64,000 bases of DNA from positions 448,001 to 512,000 of the forward strand of contig OZ240245.1 of assembly GCA_965198175.1 (NCBI GenBank). The letters run 5' to 3'. The position numbers and the translations under genes are program-made. Positions 10,247-20,014 of this stretch are shown piece after piece. Origin of the DNA: Candidatus Poribacteria bacterium. GTDB lineage: Bacteria > Poribacteria > WGA-4E > PCPOR2b. How positions within the stretch are numbered: position 1 is the stretch's first letter; each line of letters starts with the position of its first letter. The notes under the pieces were generated by a model. That model made no database searches. It was not told the origin of the DNA and was given only the letters and a program-made list of their open reading frames with translations.

Positions 10247-11335
10247 TTAATATACCCCCACTACAACTGTCTCCTGCAGGTCAGATAGCAACCGGAGATC
10301 TCGAACGCCGCCCCAAGGGTATTGCTCAATGGGTTCAACCCGTTCGGCTTCGTCCCTTTCTAAGAAGCGTGGCATAAAAAACTCTAACGTCATCGTCGTC
10401 AACATTACCCGACCGGTTTCCCCATAATCGACAGCCTCTTCAGGGTTGTCGCGGTTGACCAATTCAATCACAGCGCGAGGTTGTGGGGGATAGTAGATAA
10501 TCGCATAGTTGTCAGCGGGATTAAACGGTTTAGAACACGCCAACCCCATCAGTGTGTTCCCGTAAGTCGGGACGAAATCAACCCCCGGTACCAACTCTTC
10601 GCGGGCAAAGCGGTGAAACTGGGCATCCATTTCCGTCCCCCCGCAAAAGATGCCTTTAATACCAATCTTTTGTAACGAAATCTTTTCGCACAGCGCCTCA
10701 AGAAGTTTGGGAGTTGTAAAAAGACACTGGATATTTTCATGGGCTCTTAAGATGTTCAACGCCTGATTGATGACATGGTCCTTGTAAGCCTCCAATTCTT
10801 GATGCTTCCCGTACTTAATCAATCTATTCACCCATCGCGGATCTAGATCCACCATAAAACAGATGCCACCTCGGCGTTGAGCTAAATACTCAACGGCAAG
10901 GCGCAGTCGCCTCGGCCCGGTGGGACCCAGCATCAACCAATCGCTCCCCTGTGGAAAACTCTCATCGGAGAGGGTTTGACTAAAGAGATCGTAATCAATC
11001 TGAAAATCACGAATGTTGACGCGGGATTTGGGGACGCCGGTGGAACCGCCCGTTTCAAACACATAAACCGGTTCCTTCGCATACGCTTTTGGCACCCAAC
11101 GTCGTACCGGTCCACCACGCAGCCATTCATCTTGAAAATGTCCCAGAATTTTTAAGTCATCATAGCCGCCAATTTCTTTGCGCGGGTCAAAATCGAGGTT
11201 TCTCGCAAATTCTAACCAGAACGGGGCGCCGGTCTCTGGACTGAAATGCCACTGGACAATTTCACGCACGTGGTCATCGAGTTGGCGGCGTGCCGCTGTT
11301 ATTTTTTGAGATAGAGAAGTGTTTAAGAATTCCAT
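10247..11335 (-). CDS. Adenylate-forming (PaaK/EhpF-like) protein
   Basis: WHFSPETGAPFW, P-loop-like ETGGSTGVPK, YGNT and ERDEA motifs. Confidence 0.6.
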   Translation of the reverse strand: MEFLNTSLSQKITAARRQLDDHVREIVQWHFSPETGAPFWLEFARNLDFDPRKEIGGYDDLKILGHFQDEWLRGGPVRRWVPKAYAKEPVYVFETGGSTGVPKSRVNIRDFQIDYDLFSQTLSDESFPQGSDWLMLGPTGPRRLRLAVEYLAQRRGGICFMVDLDPRWVNRLIKYGKHQELEAYKDHVINQALNILRAHENIQCLFTTPKLLEALCEKISLQKIGIKGIFCGGTEMDAQFHRFAREELVPGVDFVPTYGNTLMGLACSKPFNPADNYAIIYYPPQPRAVIELVNRDNPEEAVDYGETGRVMLTTMTLEFFMPRFLERDEAERVEPIEQYPWGGVRDLRLLSDLQETVVVGVY

Positions 11336-11628
11336 ACCTATTCTTTCTGGTGTTAATCACCTCTGGGAGAGACGACCTTGATTAGACAGCAAACCCTCCT
11401 TACCAAAAAAGGCGGATACAATCCTCTGCTGAAGCATCCTGGACTATCTTAACCCTTGGAAGTTTCTATTGACACCTTATCGTGTCGTGTGCTAAACTTG
11501 AAATTGCCAGTTGATGGTCTATATCTTTTCAAAGGGGATGGTTTATTCGCCATGCCCTCATCCATTTCACGCTTGGTAATCAGCCAGCGCTCATGGCGAC
11601 TATCTACGACAGACTCGAAGGTACTAAA

Positions 11629-12285
11629 ATGCAAAAAGAGCTAGCCAGTGAACTATCTGAGGATGAGCTTCCACTTTTTCCGCTGCATGTTGTGCTGTTT
11701 CCTGGCGCCATACTTCCCCTTCACATTTTTGAACAGAGATATCGATTGATGATTCAATTCTGCTTAGACAACGAACGTCCTTTCGGAGTGGTTCTCATCA
11801 AAGAGGGGCACGAAGTGGGTGCGCCCGCCGAACCTTTTCTCGTTGGTACATCGGTGCAGATTGTCGAAGTCGATCGGCTCGAAGATGGTCGGATGAACCT
11901 GATAACCCTCGGACAGTATCGCTTTGAAGTCGTAGATATTACGCAATATGAACCGTATTTGGTCGGCAGAGTCAGCGTTCCAGATATAGAGGATATTGAA
12001 GCGGACGAAAACCTCCAATCGCTTGCGGCGAAAGCCTTCCAGTTATACCAAGACTATGAATCCCTATTAGCGAAACTGATTCCAGGCTGGGAGGCGCCGC
12101 AAGACATTCCGGCATCCCCGTGCCCTCTATCTTACCAGATTGGTGCAAGGCTTCAAGTCCATTTGGCGGAAACACAGCAGTTGCTAGAAACGTTACCGAT
12201 TGATGAGCTTTTGACTCGCGAAATCGAGATTCTTGAACGAGAGAACCGACAATTGAGAATTAGGCTAATTGCCCAAAGTAACTAA
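11629..12285 (+). CDS. LON peptidase substrate-binding domain protein
   Basis: LPLFPL.VVLFPG..LPLHIFE.RY motif. Confidence 0.9.
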   Translation: MQKELASELSEDELPLFPLHVVLFPGAILPLHIFEQRYRLMIQFCLDNERPFGVVLIKEGHEVGAPAEPFLVGTSVQIVEVDRLEDGRMNLITLGQYRFEVVDITQYEPYLVGRVSVPDIEDIEADENLQSLAAKAFQLYQDYESLLAKLIPGWEAPQDIPASPCPLSYQIGARLQVHLAETQQLLETLPIDELLTREIEILERENRQLRIRLIAQSN

Positions 12286-12381
12286 AACCGTGTCTCCAAC
12301 CCAGAGAATCGCGTTCCCCGATATTGCATTGCAAGCGTTTACTTTCCGAGACTTTGCTAATTCTGAGATAAAGATAAACAC

Positions 12382-13038
12382 ATGCACCGCCCCTTAAGTT
12401 CAAACAATCCTACCGACATATCCGCCGTCCGAATCAGCGCGCGAGATTTCTTTTATATCAGCAACATTTTGTCCCTAGTGAGAATTGGGCTTATTCCGCT
12501 CATCGTTTTCAGTATCATCCGTCACTATTATTTGATGACACTGGTTACAGGGGGTTTGGCTATTCTCTCTGACATGCTTGACGGCTACTTTGCCCGGCGG
12601 TTGAATCAACAGTCGGATCTCGGAAAAATTTTGGATCCAGTCGCTGACAAATTGGTAATCGGCGTGGTTGTTCTCGCACTGATTCTATCAAATCCAAAAT
12701 TTCCTCTATGGGCTTTTGCAATTGTCATCACCCGTGATCTCCTCATCGTTTTTGGCAACATTGTTTTGTTTCGCCGCAAGCGAATCGTTACGAAATCCAA
12801 TCGTTGGGGCAAGGGCACAAGTTTCGTCCTCTCAACAGCTTTGATGCTTTACGTTTTTGATGACTATTTTAATAACTATTTTCCGGATTCAATACCCTTC
12901 TATGTACTAAGCATCGGTTTGGTGTTAGCGTTGATTTCAGCATGGACCTATGGCAAGCGCTGGTTGTATCTCATGCAAATAAGTAATTCGCCCCAGCCGG
13001 TGGAGACCATTAACCCGAACAAGTCCCCCTCCTCATAG
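12382..13038 (+). CDS. CDP-alcohol phosphatidyltransferase (PgsA-like)
   Basis: DMLDGYFAR...GKILDPVADK signature. Confidence 0.9.
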   Translation: MHRPLSSNNPTDISAVRISARDFFYISNILSLVRIGLIPLIVFSIIRHYYLMTLVTGGLAILSDMLDGYFARRLNQQSDLGKILDPVADKLVIGVVVLALILSNPKFPLWAFAIVITRDLLIVFGNIVLFRRKRIVTKSNRWGKGTSFVLSTALMLYVFDDYFNNYFPDSIPFYVLSIGLVLALISAWTYGKRWLYLMQISNSPQPVETINPNKSPSS

Positions 13039-13061
13039 CGGCAAAAAGGAAGTGCTGTCAA

Positions 13062-13544
13062 ATGCCAACAATAATCACTTTAGCTGAGATTGCGGACATG
13101 ATAGGAGTCGAGGACGCCATTATCAGACGAACCCTTGATCGCCGTGATGACGATCTTCAGCCCTATCTACATGAAGGCCCTGAAGACAAAGGACAAAACG
13201 AAGGGGAGACCGATGCGCCGGTTTCCGAACCGCCAACGCCGCTACTGGATTTAGAGGGGCTGCCGCTCCTGATTACGAAACTGGCTTTCAATATTCCCAC
13301 ATTGGATATTATCGAAAATCTTGCCTGCCAAGTGTTGCATCTCACAGTCCTGCGAGAGGAAAACACAGACCTCACGATTAAAAACCGGGAACTTCAAGGT
13401 CAAAATGAGCAACTGCAAGACCGTATCAACGATTTGCAGCATCAAGTTGCGGAACTTCAAAGGGAATTAACCCGGCAAGCAGAGATACAATCTCGCAGTT
13501 GGGTCCACAAATTTTTCCGACGCCGCAAATCAGAGCGTTCCTGA
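13062..13544 (+). CDS. Hypothetical protein with possible N-terminal HTH and C-terminal coiled coil
   Basis: TLAEIADMIGV N-terminus, heptad-rich C-terminus, RBS present. Confidence 0.55.
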   Translation: MPTIITLAEIADMIGVEDAIIRRTLDRRDDDLQPYLHEGPEDKGQNEGETDAPVSEPPTPLLDLEGLPLLITKLAFNIPTLDIIENLACQVLHLTVLREENTDLTIKNRELQGQNEQLQDRINDLQHQVAELQRELTRQAEIQSRSWVHKFFRRRKSERS

Positions 13545-13631
13545 AGTCATTCCCTGTCGTCCGAGTGGCTTTTTCCGGAATCTGTATTGGTCAGAGAGGA
13601 TAGCTTACGCACGTTGCTGCTTGCATCGGAG

Positions 13632-13694
13632 AATCCTCCCCCTTGCTAAGGGGGAGCTAGAGGGGGTTAGGTTTTGCACCCGTGCTAAATCCGA
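13632..13694. repeat. Dispersed palindromic repeat (CTCCCCCTT-NNN-AAGGGGGAG family), copy 1
   Basis: Inverted relative to the copy at 23430-23494. Confidence 0.85.
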
Positions 13695-13845
13695 CAGCTA
13701 GTCTGAATTTGGAAATCTAGACCAAGCAAGACATGGTTGTCGGCATTTACCATCTCTGTGGCTAAAACACTTTTTCCCAGAACCCGTATCTTCCAATTAT
13801 AGCATAGTTTCACTCAGCTTATCTACACTTTTGGGTTCTTCCTCG

Positions 13846-14556
13846 ATGAAAATGAATCGCAATCAACTCATCGCACTTGCAACGCTAATTGTTGGCTTGG
13901 TGTTTCTCTATCAGCCGCGATATATTCTGCTGAAGGGGATTGCGTTGCTGCTTTTGTCCCTCTCTGCAATCTTATCGGCAACCTCCTTTTCCAAAAGACG
14001 AATCATTGAGGTCGCCTCTGCAGTTGTGTTAGCCGCCGGATTTACATTTCTCTATCTACCGGTATCAAAGGAGTCGTCCATCCTTTCGATTCTACACGGG
14101 TCAGCCTTTCACCTACTGTTTGCCAGCGCCATCGCTTTCGGTATGACAACAAACCTGAAAAAATCAGCGGCAACTGTAGCAGCAATTATCGTCGTCATTG
14201 GCTTAGTGTTCCTTTACCAACCCTATCTTTTTCTGTTCACGCTTGACCTGCCAGAGGAGTTCTATTCTCTCAGACAGCTTGAGGATGCGATTCGGACTGA
14301 AGGTCAACAACTGAAAGGACACTTCTTTCAACTTGCCCTCACGCTAAAGAACACCGCACTCCATCTGATGCTGGCAGGTATGATTGTGGTTGCGATTGTG
14401 TCACGGCGGAAGGTGTTAATTGAACGCATATCGCTCGGCGGGATTACACTCGGATTGCTCTTTCTTTGTCAACCTTTTTCGATCTTACTTTACCAGACAA
14501 GCTTCCAGATTCTGTTAGGTGGGTTGACCGCATTCATTGTCGTCGCGCATCGGTAG
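13846..14556 (+). CDS. Hypothetical multi-pass membrane protein with internal repeats
   Basis: Three GL(V/L)FL(Y/C)QP units and hydrophobic segments. Confidence 0.7.
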   Translation: MKMNRNQLIALATLIVGLVFLYQPRYILLKGIALLLLSLSAILSATSFSKRRIIEVASAVVLAAGFTFLYLPVSKESSILSILHGSAFHLLFASAIAFGMTTNLKKSAATVAAIIVVIGLVFLYQPYLFLFTLDLPEEFYSLRQLEDAIRTEGQQLKGHFFQLALTLKNTALHLMLAGMIVVAIVSRRKVLIERISLGGITLGLLFLCQPFSILLYQTSFQILLGGLTAFIVVAHR

Positions 14557-14580
14557 GATGTCCTGAGTTGTCACCTGTTT

Positions 14581-15132
14581 TTAGAGATGGGTGTGTGCCC
14601 AAGTGCGGAGTTGACGCGGATCTTCCGGCGGTGCACCGTTTTGGAGCCAAACAAGGGGTTCTTCTTCTGTAAAGACCGGATTCACCCAAACAATGTGTCG
14701 GATTTCGCCGACATGTTGAGTGGCGTGGGCGAAACACGCCCGGACGGTTTCATCAAGCGAAATGATGGTCTGGTCTGTTTCCCGTGCCGCCTCAAGGAGG
14801 TGAAAATCTTTCCGCATCACTTCGATTTCATTTTCGTGAGTTGTCGTCCCTTCAATTTTGTCGCGCAACGCACGGTTTACGAGAGGTGCGACATAATCGA
14901 ATCTCTTTCTGGCAATCATAGATTTCAGCCATCCGGCTGCAAATTTCGATTGATTCGCCTCCCATTCCTCGGAAAGTTCTAGCGTCATCACAACATGATG
15001 CGGACATTCATCCCTATAGGTCTCAAGAAATTCGGTGCAGTTGATTGATACCGAAGCCGTAGCCTCTTCACCACCGGCGGCCCCTGCAACGGAGGCATTC
15101 ACAACGAGCCGTTTCAAATCCCTCGATCGCAT
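14581..15132 (-). CDS. PIN-like domain hypothetical protein (partner of the ATPase)
   Basis: LVVNASV...KDFHLLEAA...IISLD pattern. Starts 1 nt after the ATPase stop codon. Confidence 0.55.
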   Translation of the reverse strand: MRSRDLKRLVVNASVAGAAGGEEATASVSINCTEFLETYRDECPHHVVMTLELSEEWEANQSKFAAGWLKSMIARKRFDYVAPLVNRALRDKIEGTTTHENEIEVMRKDFHLLEAARETDQTIISLDETVRACFAHATQHVGEIRHIVWVNPVFTEEEPLVWLQNGAPPEDPRQLRTWAHTHL

Positions 15133-15133
15133 A

Positions 15134-16423
15134 TCATGCTCTTTCAGCTAAACGCAATTGGGATGCCTTAATATAACGACTCTGCGCCTTCAAATCGACA
15201 TCATCAAAGTCCTCGGGCCAATCCCCGTAAGCCCCCGCCTCGTCCAGATCGGCGGTGTTGATTTCGGTGGCACCATTTTCACCCCGAGTGAACCAATGCA
15301 GCTTCACCAACTCCGGCGAGAGGCTGCCTTCGGCGACAAGAGTTTGAACCGCCAAAAGCAGCAGCGAACTGTGCGTTTCCGCGACGACTCGGACACCGCG
15401 TTTCGCTGCATCTGCCAGCACTTGTGCCAACTTGACCTGTGCGCGCGGGTGGAGGTGCATCTCAGGTTGTTCAAGATAGACCAGCCGCCCCGGCTCCGCG
15501 ACAACTAGGGCAACCAAAACAGGCAGAATTTGGGACACGCCGAATCCGACATCGGCGATGCTGACCATGTCTGTTTCGCTAGTTCTCTCGTCGGAAAGTC
15601 GCCCGACTTGAAGTTCGATACGGGTATCGCCAATTTTTTTGGTGCCGACCTGCCCAGTCAACCCAAGTATATGAAGAGCATCGGCTAACGACTGTAAACG
15701 CTTTTCTGTTGTCTCCTGCCACTCGTGAATGATACTCGCAGTGTAGTTCTCAAACGTACCGGGGTAGCGTGGACCGCTGCTAGTCAGTTTGTAGAGGCGT
15801 TCTGGGTTGCCGCGTAGTCCGGGAAGATGAATACTGTTGAAAATTTGGGACTCAAAGGTTTCGCTAAGATCGTCATACACAATTCGACCATCTTCAGATT
15901 CAAGACGCAAAAAACATCTTAAACGCTTTACAACAAGATTTTTGCCAATCGACTTGAGCATCGAATCTAGGTCAGCCTGTAACTCGATTGCTTCAAGTGG
16001 CATCCCGGGTTTTAGTGTAAGATGTTCGTCAGGTCTAGTTCTGAATTTAAATTTTCTCGCCATCTCGACAAGTTCAATCCCACTCCGTACCCTTCTGAAA
16101 ATCGTTCTTACCGACACGGACTGATTAGTCTCAATCTCAATCTGAAAGCAATCTTCTCTGTCTTCATGGGTTAACTTGGACAAAAATTGCTCCGCCGATG
16201 TAAACTGAACGTTAGGTCCCTCAAGCAACAGCGGTCCCGGATCATACGGCGCCTCCAGCGTCTGCTTCAGCATCAATAACGGTTGCATAATGCTCGATTT
16301 TCCAGAACTGTTCGCACCGGCAAGAATCGTCAGCGGACGAATGTCGATTGCGCACTCGTTTGCAAGCGGCTTGAAGCCGCTCACGGCTATCTTCGTGATG
16401 CCTTCAATCTTCTTTTTCGACAT
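15134..16423 (-). CDS. ABC-type AAA ATPase (AAA_15/AAA_21) with DUF3696-like tail
   Basis: Walker A GANSSGKS, DVGFGVSQ, Walker B YLEQPEMHLHP, ETHS and a C-terminal GDWPEDF. Confidence 0.88.
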   Translation of the reverse strand: MSKKKIEGITKIAVSGFKPLANECAIDIRPLTILAGANSSGKSSIMQPLLMLKQTLEAPYDPGPLLLEGPNVQFTSAEQFLSKLTHEDREDCFQIEIETNQSVSVRTIFRRVRSGIELVEMARKFKFRTRPDEHLTLKPGMPLEAIELQADLDSMLKSIGKNLVVKRLRCFLRLESEDGRIVYDDLSETFESQIFNSIHLPGLRGNPERLYKLTSSGPRYPGTFENYTASIIHEWQETTEKRLQSLADALHILGLTGQVGTKKIGDTRIELQVGRLSDERTSETDMVSIADVGFGVSQILPVLVALVVAEPGRLVYLEQPEMHLHPRAQVKLAQVLADAAKRGVRVVAETHSSLLLLAVQTLVAEGSLSPELVKLHWFTRGENGATEINTADLDEAGAYGDWPEDFDDVDLKAQSRYIKASQLRLAERA

Positions 16424-16561
16424 GCGTGAGGTACTCCTTTCCGATACCCGGTGTGTGGTGGAACAGGGGATGGCTTATCGCGCTTAAAACTATGCACGGC
16501 GCTGTTGGTATGTGGCTGTATCAAGTCCGCGTTCCATAAGAGTTTTCGGAAAAAAGGGAAA

Positions 16562-16708
16562 CTATTTATGTTTTTTCCCTTGGCGTGTTTGTCCTGTCTC
16601 TCCACTGCTGCGCTTTTTATGCACAACCTTTTCTACAGCTCGTTGAACTTGACGTTCTGTGAGATTTCCTCGTTTGGGCGGGTCTTTGATGGTTCTTTTT
16701 CTTGCCAC
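16562..16708 (-). CDS. Small basic 48-aa protein
   Basis: GTG start preceded by a perfect Shine-Dalgarno AAGGAGGTGA. Sequence MARKRTIKDPPKRGNLTERQVQRAVEKVVHKKR... Confidence 0.7.
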   Translation of the reverse strand: MARKRTIKDPPKRGNLTERQVQRAVEKVVHKKRSSGETGQTRQGKKHK

Positions 16709-16733
16709 TTTAATCACCTCCTTAAACCATGTG

Positions 16734-17363
16734 TCAATCATCAACTTGCCTAATCCTCAACCATTTCGTAAGTATCAAAAGATAATCATTAAAAATCAAC
16801 TCTTCAACCTTCAATTGAGACTCTTGAGCTATTTCAGGCAAGTCCCCTATAAAGTCTTGGTAACGTCCCCAAATGATGCTTCCACTTGGGATTGTCTGTC
16901 GTTTCGATGCAGTGCGGAGCCAATTCCGTACGACTGTTATAATTTCTTCAGAATTATTGTTATGAGCCTGAATATCTTGCCCGGCAATGTCTGAGATAAA
17001 CAGTTGATACCGGTACCGTTCTTTGTCCAGTATGAGGCAATTTTTCCTTTTTTGTTCGTTTATACCAAATTTCTTTGCTCCAAGAAAAACCCCCAATTCC
17101 AAAGGCATATTAAATCGAGGGAAACCTGAAGTCTCGTCTAATTCTGTTCTCGATATATCATGAATTCCATAACGGCAGTCCGCGATGATGTTATAAATTT
17201 TATCGATTCGAACTTGGCTTGCGTCTTCCTCTTCAAGGGCACAGCGAGCAATGAAACCACAATCATGTACTGCAAATACCATTGCATCGAATAATTGCTT
17301 ATAAGCTGAATCAAATGGGCAATTGAGAAATACATTGTCATTATAGTCTCTGGGCGATTTCAT
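16734..17363 (-). CDS. Nucleoside 2-deoxyribosyltransferase/TIR-like domain protein
   Basis: VFLNCPFD...RIDKIYNII...GIHDIS...NMPLELG pattern with a catalytic-type Glu in ELG. Confidence 0.65.
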   Translation of the reverse strand: MKSPRDYNDNVFLNCPFDSAYKQLFDAMVFAVHDCGFIARCALEEEDASQVRIDKIYNIIADCRYGIHDISRTELDETSGFPRFNMPLELGVFLGAKKFGINEQKRKNCLILDKERYRYQLFISDIAGQDIQAHNNNSEEIITVVRNWLRTASKRQTIPSGSIIWGRYQDFIGDLPEIAQESQLKVEELIFNDYLLILTKWLRIRQVDD

Positions 17364-17576
17364 GATTTCCCACGTCGGTTTCATTTGCCCCGACGTTTCT
17401 TCGAAGCTGAATTCATCCGTCCCAACACGAGTAGGTGATTCCAAAACCTCTTGCTGTCAAGAATGTAACACATTTAAGCCGTTATTTCAAGGTGACTAGT
17501 TCATTTTTTGTCCCTTTTGGGATACATCTAAGCTCTCTTTAGCGTAGGGTAAGCACAGAGTCAATTGCGCCGATTT

Positions 17577-18359
17577 TCAAGGTTGTTTGCGTAAATCGAC
17601 TATCCGCAGAAGATGGCTTGCAAGGATTATCATCTCAACTGCTTCTTCTGCGGTAACCGGGACTTTTCTGTGACTGTGGGGATTTTTGTAATAGCCGATC
17701 GCTCCAGCAAACAGTGCTGATAGAGCCTGCTTTTCTGACTCGGGTTGATTAGGGTCGGTTAGTTTACCATTTGTAGCATTGAATGCTGTACGCATCAAAT
17801 TAGCTCCGAAATCCGTTTGGGCATAGTTGCCGGCATTTCGGACAGCTATCTCCACCTCCTTGAATGCTTGGAAAATTGCGCAATCGTAGTCTCCTCGTAG
17901 GAACAGTGACCAGACTTTTTGAGCGATTATGGGGTGCAGTTGCTGTTTAGGTAGAAGATTTCCCTTGCGATAAGCGTCGAAATCCTCGCGCCTTACCATT
18001 GTTTTGCCACGGCATGTAACGAAGAATGTATCAGCGCCTCTGACAGACGATTCGCCCACCAAACTGGTTGGTTTCGGAGCAATAAAGCCTTCGCGTTCCA
18101 ACCACTGCCAAGCCTCCATGAGCGCAAAGAGAATTTCATCGGCACGACTAGTGGGGTATTTCTCGCGCAACCCTGGCGTGGGTTCGAACGATCTGTCCAA
18201 AAGATCGTATGAGATAACATTGTCTCGACTGATGTGGTCGTTGCCCTCAAAAGATAGTAATAGCGGTCCAGCAAGTTCTTCGGGTTCAAGACTGAGCAAA
18301 TCATCGGCATTTGAAAACATCGAGAATAGCTTTGGAAATATCTGTTGAATTGGTTGCAT
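17577..18359 (-). CDS. TIGR02391 (Hypoth_Ymh) family protein
   Basis: LHP...AIFQAFKEVE..VR...LM..AF...LFAGAIGYYKNP.SH motif. Confidence 0.85.
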   Translation of the reverse strand: MQPIQQIFPKLFSMFSNADDLLSLEPEELAGPLLLSFEGNDHISRDNVISYDLLDRSFEPTPGLREKYPTSRADEILFALMEAWQWLEREGFIAPKPTSLVGESSVRGADTFFVTCRGKTMVRREDFDAYRKGNLLPKQQLHPIIAQKVWSLFLRGDYDCAIFQAFKEVEIAVRNAGNYAQTDFGANLMRTAFNATNGKLTDPNQPESEKQALSALFAGAIGYYKNPHSHRKVPVTAEEAVEMIILASHLLRIVDLRKQP

Positions 18360-18453
18360 GGTTACTATATTTCACTCCTCTACCCCGCAAACGCTTTGAT
18401 TGCATCTGCGGCACTTCAGAAAACAAGATATTTGTCCACCGTTAAGAACAAAC

Positions 18454-19353
18454 TCATGCCTCAAACTCGGCAAATTTACACGAATATTCAAGAAAATCTT
18501 GGAGATAATTCAAATCAATTTTGTGCTTTGTGACATCCGGAGGGTAGATTACAACGACTAATTTATCGCAATAAGTGCCAGAGGAGCACGAGGCGATAAA
18601 GGAGCGAATAATCTCAAGGAATATATCCTCTCTTTTTTCACCTAACCTAGCTTTTCCCGTACCCAAGAGGGGGATGACAATGTCGCCCTTTGAACCTTTT
18701 TCGCTAATATAGTACCAAAGCTTCGCCAGTGATTCCCTGACGTTCTCTATCGTTGTGTTCGCAACCCCGTCGTTGTTAATATGGGTGTTAGCAAGCAAGT
18801 AAAACAAGCGGTTTTTCCGATTCAACTGAATTACCGCTCCAATTGGATATTGTCGGTTTTTTCCCACTTTCTTTTGTGGCAATTCTGTGTAAGGGTAATC
18901 CTCCCTAGCCAATGCTGAGCCAATATCTAAATCAAGGTGACTAACTTCTGAATCATAAATCTGCCGGGTAAATTCGCCCTGAATGCTATGAGCTTGAGGA
19001 ATTTTCCCGTCGAAATCTGTATCGAAGGTTGTGTTAATTGGAACGACCAAATCGCCTGAAACCTTAAAAACATTCGCGATGCGGACCTCTATGGTAACGT
19101 CTCTGTTCTTCAGTTGATAACTGAAAACAGTTTTCGGACGACTCAAGAAAAAAGCAATTAGAAACCCAAGAATGGCAAACCATTCTCCCTTTGTAGATAG
19201 GCGGGGCTCAGCACTTTCCTCAAAATAAGATACAGCTTCTATAACCAACCAGATGGCGCCGAATGAAGTGAGCACGCATTTGATAAAGCCAACCCACCAA
19301 TCACGGGACAAGAAATAGTGCTTGACCAAGTAAATGTAACCATGAAATTTCAT
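18454..19353 (-). CDS. thsA: Thoeris type II effector ThsA (2 TM + Macro domain)
   Basis: Two N-terminal hydrophobic helices, then VVPINTTFDT, SIQG, YPIG and IPLLGTG Macro motifs. 4-nt overlap with the TIR gene. Confidence 0.82.
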   Translation of the reverse strand: MKFHGYIYLVKHYFLSRDWWVGFIKCVLTSFGAIWLVIEAVSYFEESAEPRLSTKGEWFAILGFLIAFFLSRPKTVFSYQLKNRDVTIEVRIANVFKVSGDLVVPINTTFDTDFDGKIPQAHSIQGEFTRQIYDSEVSHLDLDIGSALAREDYPYTELPQKKVGKNRQYPIGAVIQLNRKNRLFYLLANTHINNDGVANTTIENVRESLAKLWYYISEKGSKGDIVIPLLGTGKARLGEKREDIFLEIIRSFIASCSSGTYCDKLVVVIYPPDVTKHKIDLNYLQDFLEYSCKFAEFEA

Positions 19354-19853
19354 AATCCCAAATTTTCATAAACTTCAAAAGAGTAGTGACGCGCGCTGGA
19401 TTTACCATCGTGCTTGAGGTTATCATATTCCGTCTTCCAGGTCTCAAGTGCATGTTGAACTATTCGTGCGTTGAAACTAACATGAACAACCAGTTCATCA
19501 CGAATTATAGGTGGACATCGGTTTTCATCTATTTGCCTTTTTCCATTCAGATTTACAGCGATTATAGGGATATCTAGCCCTAGTGCCTGTTCCATTTCCC
19601 ACCGCACGAATTTATATAGATATTGGGTGCTTTGACCAATTAGAACAATGAAAACCTTTGTATTAAGCAAACGCTGTCTTAACTTACGCTTGATAGTTTC
19701 TTCATTGCTAGTGGGTAGCAATCGATTTAGGTCGTGAGCGTTGTAAAATTGAAAGTCGGTGTTATCGTTCTGCTTCCATGCAAGCATCAAACGGTAATAG
19801 TGAATATCATTGTCTGCATCGAAGCACACATAAGTTTTATTTCGGTATGTCAT
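19350..19853 (-). CDS. thsB: Thoeris TIR-domain sensor ThsB (DUF1863/MTH538-like)
   Basis: TYVCFD, FYNAHD, IKRKLRQRL, IVLIG and VRWE (catalytic Glu) motifs. Confidence 0.88.
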   Translation of the reverse strand: MTYRNKTYVCFDADNDIHYYRLMLAWKQNDNTDFQFYNAHDLNRLLPTSNEETIKRKLRQRLLNTKVFIVLIGQSTQYLYKFVRWEMEQALGLDIPIIAVNLNGKRQIDENRCPPIIRDELVVHVSFNARIVQHALETWKTEYDNLKHDGKSSARHYSFEVYENLGL

Positions 19854-19890
19854 TTATAGAATCCTTTCCAACTATTATTTTGTTACAATT

Positions 19891-19920
19891 ATTTTAACGT
19901 ATCGAGATAGTGTAATGCAA
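19891..19920 (-). promoter_or_regulatory. Putative sigma70 promoter of thsB-thsA
   Basis: TTGCAT-N18-TAAAAT on the minus strand. Confidence 0.45.
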
Positions 19921-20014
19921 ACAGAAGGTCGGTTATATCGATTGGAATCGGTTCTTCCAACGTACCTGCCACGTCAGGTGCTCTGGGTAATTCGCGTCCA
20001 CTGGTGTGATGCGT

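Noticed and set aside
11449..11634. Short minus-strand ORF with an antitoxin-like tail (FSTRHD)
   Set aside because: No toxin partner and weak evidence of coding.
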